Positions 32,768 through 42,580 of a stretch of DNA of 64,000 nucleotides are shown piece after piece. Numbering within the stretch: the stretch's first letter is position 1; each line of letters begins with the position of its first letter. The notes beneath the pieces are model-generated. The model searched no databases and was not told the DNA's origin. It worked only from the letters and a program-made list of their open reading frames with translations. Source of the stretch: Macrostomum lignano (taxonomy: Eukaryota); contig NIVC01003694.1 in NCBI GenBank assembly GCA_002269645.1, positions 18,494 to 82,493 of the forward strand. The letters are read 5' to 3'. Position numbers and translations under genes: made by a program.

Positions 32768-33123
32768 TTTGAATACCTGAAGCTGAAACTCTCTTTCGAA
32801 AATAACTACGAAGGCTTAACTTTAAATATCTATCTAGTAACAGGAACAGTTAATACAAGCTGGAAATATTTCCGAAATCTTTACTAAAGTAAAGACTAGG
32901 CCTAACCAAAGGCAAAGCTAACAGAAACAATATTTAGAATTCATTTACGGTGTCTTGGGCTTTGCAATTCAATCCAAGTCAACTTTTTTCAATGGCTACT
33001 AGAAGAAAAAAGGAATAATTACAGCAAGGTCTACTGCCAACGGTGACGGCGTCTGGTTATTAAGAATGTGCTGAGTACTACTTGCTTGCGATATATGCGA
33101 ATTAATTATTGCAGTGTGTTGTA

Positions 33124-34631
33124 TGTAACATATCTGCGTATGTAATTTAAAAGTAAATAATTTCGTATTTACTCTTATTAGGTTGTATTGGTATTATACT
33201 ATTTATATTGTATTTATCTCACTGTACTTTTTACTGTATGTAATTTATGTTATTTTGCAAGATAATTTTATAATGAAACTTTTGTTTTAATGACTGATAA
33301 GTAACCAATATAAATATAAATCATCGATTGTTAATAAGAGTTCGCGCTCTGACTTGGCACTCTCGACGGCTGAAAGTTCAAGTGACGGTCCTCGGCAATT
33401 CATTTCGTTACAATGGCGACCACACCAGAACTCGGATTCCATGAAGGACTCCGCTGAATCTTCTGATCGACCGCAAATGTACAGCAACGCAGCCAATCAC
33501 ATCAGCATGCAGCGCGCGTCCAGCTAGCCGACGCCAACCAGTATGTCAGCCAGCCGCGAGCCAGGCCAACAAAATCACAGGTGCCGAAGATGCTGCCAAA
33601 GGACAGGTGCTGCAGATACTGTCAGTCGCTGAATGATTTCGAATATTATATTTGTTTTCTTAAAAGCATCTATGTTCAAATACAATACTAGCTGTAGAAT
33701 GTACATGTAGATGTGTACCCAGTTCAGAGCAAAATTTTGTTTTTAAATTTGTAATTTTGCTGTTCTAACCTAAAGTCCAGAACCAGGAAGCTGCATTTTC
33801 CAATTCCTATGCTTTGTTGATTGATTTTAATGTAATTGTACTTAATTGTTAATTTGTACTTACTGTAATTCCTTCATATGTACTTTATACTGTATTTTGG
33901 CAATTGCATATATGTACTTTACTTTTCAAATAATTTTCAATGTTGTACTGTATTTTCTTGTGTTTTGTAAGGTTTCACCCAATGGCAGTGTATCACAATA
34001 GTGTGCACAGGCAATTCCTTTCATTAATAAAGTGTTTTTTGCTTCATTCATGCTGTGCTCTGCACTGGTTGTGGTGGGGAGAACCCGGGGCTCTGCTAAC
34101 CCTGTTGGGTTCTGGTTTTTGTGTTGGTTAACTAGCTTCTCTTTTGGTCCAGACCATTGTTTTAAAATGTGTTCTGTCACCTCATTGCGACGTCTAGTTG
34201 GGAATGCGAGTTCAATCTTTTTTTTGCTCAAAATTTAGCATGTACTGTATATTTAATAGTTATTTTCTATACTTTGTATTCTACTCTTTTGTTAATTGTA
34301 CTTTTGACAATGTGGACATTGTCTTTTCTAAGAGGAGGATAATGTAACATATCTGCGTATGTAATTTAAAAGTAAATAATTTCGTATTTACTCTTATTAG
34401 GTTGTATTGGTATTATACTATTTATATTGTATTTATCTCACTGTACTTTTTACTGTATGTAATTTATGTTATTTTGCAAGATAATTTTATAATGAAACTT
34501 TTGTTTTAATGACTGATAAGTAACCAATATAAATATAAATCATCGATTGTTAATAAGAGTTCGCGCTCTGACTTGGCACTCTCGACGGCTGAAAGTTCAA
34601 GTGACAGTCCTCGGCAATTCATTTCGTTACA
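33124..34631 (+). mobile_element. Non-autonomous miniature LTR retroelement (TRIM-like, 1508 bp): LTRs 33124-33412 and 34343-34631
   Basis: Two 289-bp direct repeats with one difference seen (GTGACGGTCC vs GTGACAGTCC) and TGTAAC...GTTACA termini. PBS-like TGGCGACCAC 1 nt after the 5' LTR, PPT AAGAGGAGGA just before the 3' LTR, and a 4-bp TSD TGTA (33120-33123 / 34632-34635). No retroviral ORF inside. Confidence 0.9.
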
Positions 34632-35439
34632 TGTACGTCGTTTAAAATTCATCGGTAATAAAAATTGTATATGCAAATAATAGCTTACCTTAACCTGCAA
34701 ATGCATTAGAAATCAATAAAAAAACTTTTCTAGTCCTATTAGATTTTAAAAAGTGTGTTCTTTTAAAATTTAGATGCAAAAGTAATGTAATTTATTTAAA
34801 CACAAAGGTATACCTTTGCGGCGTAAATTTAACATTTAATACTCGTACAAGTGCTAGTAGCATCGTCAACATGTCTAAATGTCGCTTTAGCCCATAAACC
34901 TGTTACTTTACATATACAAATATAGACGGTCTACCCTAGGATCATAAATAATTAATGAACAGACTGCAATACCACATCTGCAGTACGTAAGTTTTTACGC
35001 ATAATTTCACGTAAAGCTAAAAAATAACTAAGCTAAAAAGCTAAAAAACAAATACATGTATATGTAAGGTCTATAATTTACGCTGCAACATGCCCATCTA
35101 ATGTAATTATAAACAAGAGTCATCCGCAGTTCTCATCAGAAGTGAAAGTTCTGCGCTTACTTCTAATATTAGCTATTTGGCTAGGCATGCATGCCATTCA
35201 ATCAGTACAGTGTGTATGTCGTAATTCTGTGTTTTTTCAGCAATATTTTGCGCCCCATTAAGAGACAATAGTAAAGGGCGCCAACCAAGAGACAAGAGAC
35301 CTGCAAGAAATCGAATTATATTTGGCGCGCCTTAGGAGTTGCGTCCCCTCCAATTAAAACTCCGTACGCCCGGAGTCATGTGGAAACAGCTGTGGAAACA
35401 CAAATTTTTAATATTAAAATTAATCCCTGGAAAAAAACC

Positions 35440-36745
35440 TTGGAGTTGTACGACAGGATTACCTGCGGCAGCTGCTCCTCCCAGCTAGACTCGGTCTCAA
35501 CGAACAGCCTCAGCGCGCAGCTGCAGCGACTTCGGACTTCGACTCGGAGGTCTGGTCGCTCCGATCTGCAGCCCAGGCCAGTACGCGGTCTGCTTCAGCG
35601 TGTCGGCCATTTTCTCCGGTTCGAAGTGGCCGATGCCCTCGTGAAAGTCGGTCAGGAACTGGCGCTGCAGCGACTCCAGAATCACAGGAACCTCCCTCGG
35701 TCCCGCAGCGTCGTTGAAGGCCCGGCAGAGAAGGCCGTCTTGAATTCGCAACTTCCGCCAGATGCGGCTGAGGTGTCGCAGGCTGCTGTCGGACCATCTT
35801 GGTGGAGTCGTGCTGTCGTTTTCCAGTGCATCGATGACCAGCTTGAGCTTCCAATCAGCCCGCTGCGCGCCTGTCACATCTACCGTTGGACACCCGCGGC
35901 TCTGTTGCCGACGCTCCGAGCGTCTCGCCATGGCCCTCGCGTACATCCTCGACAAGCCTTCCGCCTCCGACGCCTTTAATTGTGTACTTGATGGTGAAGG
36001 TGAACTCCTGCAGCAGCATCCGCCAGCGCCCGAGCCGGCCGTGACTGTCGACTCGTTGGGAATTCAGAAACGTGAGCGGGCAGTGGTCAGTGAAGACCGT
36101 GAAGTGCCGACCGAGCAGGTAGTGGCGGTAGATCTTCAGTGCGTGCAGGATCGCCAGGCACTCCTCCTTCTCAACGGTTGAGTAGCCCTTCTCCGGAGCC
36201 GTGAGCGCTCTGCTGCAGTACTCTATCACCTGGTCATCTTGTTTGAGCACGATCCCGACTCCGGTTGTTGCTGGCGTCCGTGTAGAGCTGGAACTCCCTG
36301 GAGAAATCTGGGTGGCCGATAATCGGCGGCTGCTGCAGGGTGGCTGCTGAAATGCCGTGCTCCACTCGCCGGTCCACTCGAACTTCTTCGACGCCTTGCT
36401 GGTCAGTCTGTGCAGCAGCCCGGTGATGTCGGAGAAGTCGGACACGTACTGGTTGCAGAGGCCCAGAAACTGCCGCACCCGTGTTGGGAACTGCGGCTCT
36501 GGCCACTCCTGAATGCCGCGCACCTTCTCGGGACTCACCGTGGCACCCTTGGCCGAGAACACGTTGCCAAGGAACGTGACCTCCGGCAGGCCCAGCTGGC
36601 ACTTGCTGCCCCTGACTGTGAGTTGTGCCCAGCGCTTCTAATCTTCTCGAACACTTCCCACAGGTGCTGGAGATGCTCGGTCTTCGACTTGGAGAAGCAC
36701 AGCGTGTCGTCCATGTAGCTCAGCGCCTTTGAACACGCGGTTCAT
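35440..36745 (-). mobile_element. Degenerate Ty3/Gypsy pol fragment (RT-RNase H-integrase), frameshifted and internally deleted
   Basis: Minus-strand frames give RT 'SYMDDTL' and 'SKCQLGLPEVTFLGNVFS', RNase H 'LYTDAS', 'YCSRAL...EKGYSTVEKE.CLAI' and 'FTVFTDHCPL', integrase 'H.GIGHF...YWPGL' and 'SWEEQLPQVILSYNS'. The RT-RH-IN order is that of Ty3/Gypsy. No LTRs were found. Confidence 0.92.
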
Positions 36746-37210
36746 CAGGACACATATGCTTTACACAGTTGCAAAATATTTTTTGCTTGGACATTTAAGT
36801 TATTAAGTTAGTGCTGCTTATTTTTAAGCTTTGATAATTAAAACAAACCTACTCGTAGGGAGTAAGTATGCAATGTAATAAATCATTTACGAGCTAAATG
36901 TATGTACGCAATGCTTCTGCTTTGCGTACATACAGTTTTGAAAAATATTAACGAATCGCAAAAAGAAGTGGCAACGAAAATTCATTTTTGTATAGTCAAA
37001 CGAATGGCTTGATTTTTTATCTCTACTGAAAAAAAAATTCGATTGATAGTTAGCAAAGCTATCACTTATATAGCGCTGATGTCCTTCGATGCTCGGAAAG
37101 AAAAAACTAATAATCACACGTTTAGCCGAATGCATATTTCAGTTTTTGTTGCAGTTCCTTCATATGTACATTTTTGGCCTCCTCTGTTATTCCATCAATA
37201 AGTTTCTTTG

Positions 37211-37750
37211 TCAATCATCTGAATGGTTATTTGTTCCAGTTGATTCACGATGTCGATTTATCTGCAAGCGGCGCTCTTCCCACTGCAAGCTCTGCCGATG
37301 CAACAGCTCTCCGAACTCGTGATCGCGCTCTCTAGACAGAGCCCGAATCGGCACTAGCCACAGCGGATAGGCTGCACCGCACAGTTCGCAATGCGCTTTC
37401 ATGGATCGTAGGAGCCAGTTAGTTAAACAGCCGACATGAATGCTGCCAACGCTGCCGCGACAATTGCACAGATTGTGTAGCAGGAGCCCGCGCGACTGAG
37501 CACCGTTGCTGCTAGCAGAATTACAAGTAGAGCTTGACATGCAGATTCGGCAACACTGATCGGATGAATTGGTGTTCGATGCTGCCGCGGAAGTGCCGGA
37601 TATTATTGAGTTAGGTTGATCGTTACTACTAGCACCTACAGGACCTCTAGTGGCGGATCGACTCTTGTCTCTGTCGACACGTCTGCGAATGTTTTGGCGA
37701 CTGCTTCCCCTACTGTTGGTGCTGCTTGAACTGAAGCTTTGATGGGCCAT
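37211..37750 (-). CDS. RING-CH (RINGv, C4HC3) domain protein, MARCH-like E3 ligase candidate, single exon, 179 aa
   Basis: C-x2-C (CRIC), C-x-C (CNC), x7-H-x2-C (HVGC), 'NWL', x12, C-x2-C (CELC): canonical RINGv spacing. Complete ORF. Confidence 0.8.
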   Translation of the reverse strand: MAHQSFSSSSTNSRGSSRQNIRRRVDRDKSRSATRGPVGASSNDQPNSIISGTSAAASNTNSSDQCCRICMSSSTCNSASSNGAQSRGLLLHNLCNCRGSVGSIHVGCLTNWLLRSMKAHCELCGAAYPLWLVPIRALSRERDHEFGELLHRQSLQWEERRLQINRHRESTGTNNHSDD

Positions 37751-38599
37751 TGTTAATAATATATTTCATGCGCTGCTTTCATCGGTTCAAAATCTTTAAC
37801 TTGAACTTGAAGATACGATTCAGAAAGGAACTGTCTATGGTAATCAAGTACGTCAAGGTGTGAGCTAGTTCGTAATCAACTGATTTTTTGGCACAATTCT
37901 GCTCAAATAAATACCTCCTAATATCTAAAAATTGTGTTAATAATGGAATGCCCAAGTTACAAGCCTGGTTGGTTGAATGAAGAAAAGCCAAGTGGTGTAG
38001 AAGCCGCTAACCTTCGTGAACTGTGTCCCCAGCCCCCCTATTAGCAGCCCGAAGGTGCCAAGCCTTCACCATGGAGGCCGCAGCCTTCGAACACGCAGGA
38101 GTTCTGCTTGCTTTGCTCAGCTTCCATATTTCCATACTTCACAACTACTATATTTAAGTAAAGTGTTGTACCAATCTTCGAATACACGGAACGTTCCCAC
38201 AAACTTAACAAACTTTTAAAACAGATTCACCACCAAAGCTTTAGAATTTTCGTTCTGCTCGTTTCTGTCTGAGACAGTGACTATAGTCAAGGAAGAAAAT
38301 GAATTTTATTCCACCAAATATTAGAAGCTCGAGACAATAATTATTTATCTTCGTATATATACATTCGATTTTGGAAGAGGCATAAAACTACAAGCGTACA
38401 TATCAATGCTTTTGAATTGGTCTTCATTGCGATTGCAAAATCTTCATTTATTAGCAAGTGTCGCCAAGGAGCTCCAGACGCACAACTCCGTGCTCGCTGT
38501 TGTTGTTACCGCCGCCTCCTCCAGCCTGTCCGTAAATCAACCCGACACCGACTCCGCTGTAGCTACCGCCGGCTCCAGGGCCGCCCCAGACAGCATTAA

Positions 38600-38958
38600 A
38601 GTCGCCACAATCTATGTATTAGAGGGGCCACAATCTATGTATTAGAGGCGCTACAATCTATGCATTAGAGGTGCCACAATCTATGCATTAGATACGCCAC
38701 AATCTATGCATCAGAGGCGCCACAATCTATGCATCAGAGGCGCCACAATCTATGCATTAGAGACGCCACAATCTATGCATTGGAGACGCCACAATCTATG
38801 CATTAGATACGTCACAATCTATGCATTAGAGGCGCCACAATCTATGCATTAGAGACGCCACAATCTATGCATTAGATACGTCACAATCTATGCATTAGAT
38901 ACGCCACAATCTATGCATTAGAGACGCCACAATCTATGAATTAGAGGCGCCACAATCA
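38600..38958 (+). repeat. 23-bp minisatellite (GCCACAATCTATGCATTAGAGAC)
   Basis: Directly visible. Confidence 0.93.
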
Positions 38959-39062
38959 TCCGTTATGGAGCATGCTTCAGCATATTGTTTCGTCACTCTG
39001 GCAACACGAAGACCCAGCTGCCTCGCATGGCAGCTAATTATTCTTCCACGGAGTTTCTGCAG

Positions 39063-39455
39063 CCGTCGCAGTTGGAGAAAAACAGGCTTGTACAACACGC
39101 GGCTCTGGCTTCACCCCTCAAGCACTGACATACTTCTCATTGTTGAGTCGCCGCCATCGGGATTCACATTTTCTGGACCCACTGACACGGCCAGCGGTTG
39201 GAGCCACATCGCCGCAGTGTACGACCGACAGACACTGGAAATCAGGATCTACGTCAACGGAACTCAGAAAGCCACCAGCGGTCCGTTAGCTGCTGTCACA
39301 TCGTGCGCGGATTTTGGCAGCACCGTGGAGATTGGAGCTGTCAGCCGCAATGCCGGTCACAACCGCATGCTCCAGGGCTACATGAGATGCTTCTCGGTGT
39401 GTCTGAGAGAGCTTTGAGCGATGCCGAAGTAGAGTTTTTGTACGGACTGTGCTGA
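39063..39455 (+). CDS. Exon encoding a concanavalin A-like/LamG (Laminin_G_3-type) domain; apparent 2-nt frameshift near 39396-39402 (pseudogene or assembly error)
   Basis: 'GWSHIAAVYDRQTLEIRIYVNG...VEIG...LQGYMRCFSV' continues in another frame as 'SERALSDAEVEFLY*', matching the LamG3 pattern WHHVA.TYD...LYVNG...G.......RALS..EI..LY. TTCTGCAG acceptor at 39062. Upstream exons are unresolved. Confidence 0.6.
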
Positions 39456-39940
39456 GAAAACTAACAGGACTATTTTATAGGAATAAGAGCTACATTTAGA
39501 TGTAGTTTTCATTGTTTTTTTCAGTCGCTACTCAAGATCTAAGTAGAAGGACGCGACACTCGTGTTTTCTGGACATTTTTAAAGGCCTGTTTGCAACAAA
39601 AATACACAAGAGCGAGATAGACCATTCCGATTTGCTTGTTCTGGAAAAGGATTCTACGGGTTTATGATTGCTTTATTCTTTTGGCTCTTCTTTGGAAACT
39701 TGACGGATTCTCTTTGCTAGATAGTTTTGGAATGATTAGATGCTGATGTCAGTAGTATATGCTGCGCAAGTCTGCCCCTTTGACCGAAGAAAGTTTTTAG
39801 AACAACAGACGGGCACGTTGAAATGTGCAGAGGACAGAATTAGCCGGCCTTCGGACCTGTCTATGGACCTGTCTATCCATTAGTTAGGTCGATGCAGAGC
39901 CAGGCCCTAGGCATGTGTTGAACAAAAATGTTCACACTAG

Positions 39941-41641
39941 ACGCCACCTCGACCAGCAACTTTGACACGAAATCAGGCCTTGAATGGTGTGACTGCACCC
40001 ACCGGAGCAGCCGACTCCGCCGAAGCAGCCGTCGCCAGCGCTGCCGTCGCCGCCTCGCTCGCCATCGTTGGAGCTCCATCTGGCGCTAACAGCTTCACCC
40101 CAGCCAGCCGGCGCCGTAAGCCGTCGTGATTGCGTTGGAAGGTGTTCGGCTGAGATCGTTGAACCCTGGCTGTCCGTTGGAACAAGCAGACTTTGCACCA
40201 GCCGAATCGCTGCCGTTAGGCCCAGCCTGACCCGGCTGACCTGAAAATGTTTTCAAAGAAGTTCTGAAATGATTGCATAAAGATACCCACAGTAGAATCC
40301 CAGTCGCCAATAACTGACTGACCCCTCCCACTGAGACTGGTTTGCTTGGCCCAACAGCACAACAGCGTTCTCGTATTATACGAGTGAAGTGTTGATGATG
40401 CAGCTTGCAGCGACACAAAGCACCCACAATGCATTTAGCAGCCGTAGCCATCTAGACCAGCGCAGCAATATTCAGCCTTATAATATTTTAAAACTGATAA
40501 AAGTTGTCAACAACAAGATCGCATACAGTTAAAACAAAAAGAGTAACACAGTAGATGCCAACTTCGTGCGGTTTCTACCGACCCAGTTACTGTATAGTGA
40601 GAGCAAAATTGATTTATTAGATAATGGTGCAATTAGGATACTAAGCCGAAGTCCTCTGTCTGCGAGGCCGCCATTTTATTCAAATGAATTGGCGCCATTT
40701 CAATTGAGAGCGGCGCCATTTCAGTTGAGAGCTGGCGCCATTTCAGTTGAGAGTTGGCGCCATTTCAGTTGAGAGCTGGCGCCATTTCAGTTGAGAGTTG
40801 GCGCCATTTCAATTGAGAGCGGCGCAATTTCAATTGAGAGCTGGCGCCATTTCAGTTGAGAGTTGGCGCCATTTCAATTGATAGCGATGCCATTTCAATT
40901 GAGAGCTGGCGCCATTTCAGTTGAGAGTTGGCGCCATTTCAATTGATAGCGATGCCATTTCAATTGAGAGCTGGCGCCATTTCAGTTGAGAGTTGGCGCC
41001 ATTTCAATTGATAGCGATGCCATTTCAATTGAGAGCTGGCGCCATTTCAGTTGAGAGCGGCGCCATTTCAGTTGAGAGTTGGCGCCATTTCAGTTGAGAG
41101 TTGGCGCCATTTCAGTTGAGAGCGGGCGCCATTTCAGTTGAGAGTAGGCGCTATTTCAGTTAAGAGCGGGCGCCATTTCAGTTAAGAGCGGGCGCCATTT
41201 CAGTTAAGAGCGGGCGCCATTTCAGTTGAGAGCGGGCGCCATTTCAGTTGAGAGCGGCGCCATTTCACTTAATTGGGCACCACTTCACTTTAGTTCGTGC
41301 CATTTTTATTGATTTGTTGCCGCTTGTAAATTTCAGAGAAAAGCCTGTCTATCATTCACTATCCGTGCACTTTTACTTAAGGTCCGGATCGCTACATGGA
41401 GCCAATAGAAGGCAACTGGCAGCGCACAATGCGCGGCTATCCAACTCAGTGGGTGAAGCTGTGGTGCGATAAGCACGGCCTGGGAAGTCTGGCCAACCGC
41501 CTGACAGGCAACAAGGCGGACGGTGCCAAGCTGATGGACTGGGAAAGGCGACGCAGCTTGCAACGGGAGCTGAGCCTCACCGATTCGGAAGCTGAGAGAC
41601 TGGCCACCGCTATGGACCAGCGCGATTTCACTCTGAAATAG
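39941..41641 (+). CDS. Last two exons (39941-40115, 41382-41641) of a gene with an Ala/Ser-rich linker and a C-terminal SAM-like domain
   Basis: The CACTAG acceptor opens a frame to a phase-1 C|GTAAGC donor, which is compatible with the TTAAG|GT CCG acceptor at 41382. The peptide 'YPTQWVKLWCDKHGLGSLANRLTGNKADGAKLMDW..RSLQRELSL.....ERLATAM' resembles the SAM consensus (V..WL...GL..Y...F..N.IDG..LL). The 5' part is not resolved. Confidence 0.5.
40688..41270 (+). repeat. 21-22-bp minisatellite (GGCGCCATTTCAGTTGAGAGTT)
   Basis: Directly visible. Confidence 0.95.
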
Positions 41642-41765
41642 AATATAGATAGAGTTGCGCAGAAAAACAAGGCTTGCCATTTTTAAATTAAATCCTGCTT
41701 TCTAACCAACACCTACCAGTAGGTAAATATGTAGTTCAAGAATGTACCTATTGATAACTCTTGAA

Positions 41766-42075
41766 GGGGTTGTAGCCTAGTGTATTGAGCGTCAGACTCA
41801 CTACTGAAAGGTCGGGGGTTCGATTCCCGATCCCAATCGAAACAATTTGTGTCCTTGAGCAAGAAACTTAACTCTGCATTGCTTCAGTTCACCCAGCTGT
41901 AAAATGGGTGCTAGCATTAGCTGGGGTAATTGAGGCTGTGTGTGGCGACCCCCCAGTCCTTGGACTGAACAGCCGTACGCAGCCTTCAGATGCGCCGCGC
42001 AATAGCTGCGGCTGAGCTGTCGGTTGCACATCTGGCACAGTTGGGGCAGGTATAATCAATTATCGTTATTATTAA
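41766..42075 (+). mobile_element. tRNA-derived SINE with a MIR/CORE-like central domain
   Basis: A-box-like TAGCCTAGTG and B-box GGTTCGATTCC. The segment TGTGTCCTTGAGCAAGAAACTTAACTCT..TGCTTCAGTT..CCAGCTGTAAAATGGG aligns by eye with the MIR CORE consensus as recalled (TGTGACCTTGGGCAAGT.ACTTAACCTCT..GCCTCAGTTTCCTCATCTGTAAAATGGG). AT-rich (TTA)-like tail. Confidence 0.8.
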
Positions 42076-42580
42076 CTCTTGATCCTGTAGTTTAGTCCTG
42101 TAACATATCTCATTTTTGCCAATATAATTTTTAAGGCTACGAACGCTAATATTACAATTGTTCTGAGAGTGATAGCCTTCAAAGGAATTGCCGCGTGCAC
42201 TCGTTAGCAGCTATAGTTTGTTTGTTTGATTGAATGACACACACAGTAAAAATTGATCTGCTTGCATATATTTAGTAGCTTATTTTATTTATATTTTGCA
42301 GTACTATAAAAATTTATGCTCCATTATTTACTGGTAGCTACTATAACACAACCTAAAGACACTGCAAAAGACCTGTAAAATCGGTTGACAAAAGTCACGT
42401 CGCTTCTGTAACGACTTGAAAATTCTGACTCCTTTTTAAAATCAAAACAACTTCGTTATAACAAAACGAAACTACAAAAGGCACTGAATAAGAAGTTCGT
42501 CACTATATGAATGAAATAATAGAGCTTTGGTTGGTTAATTAATAAATCATTATCCCAATATCTCGACGTTATCCCAATTT

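Noticed and set aside
33287-34706. Duplicated 66-69-aa minus-strand ORFs as paralogous small genes
   Set aside because: They lie in the two LTRs of the mini-element.
35115-35160. Hammerhead ribozyme (CTGATGA on the minus strand near 35135; also plus strand near 8225)
   Set aside because: No stem II followed by GAAA and no closing stems.
35380-36718. Plus-strand ORFs 35380-35979, 35762-36181, 36410-36718
   Set aside because: Antisense to the Gypsy pol remnant.
41766-41840. tRNA gene (also 9233-9305)
   Set aside because: A/B boxes are present but I could not fold a convincing acceptor stem or anticodon arm, and both copies continue into a shared SINE core.
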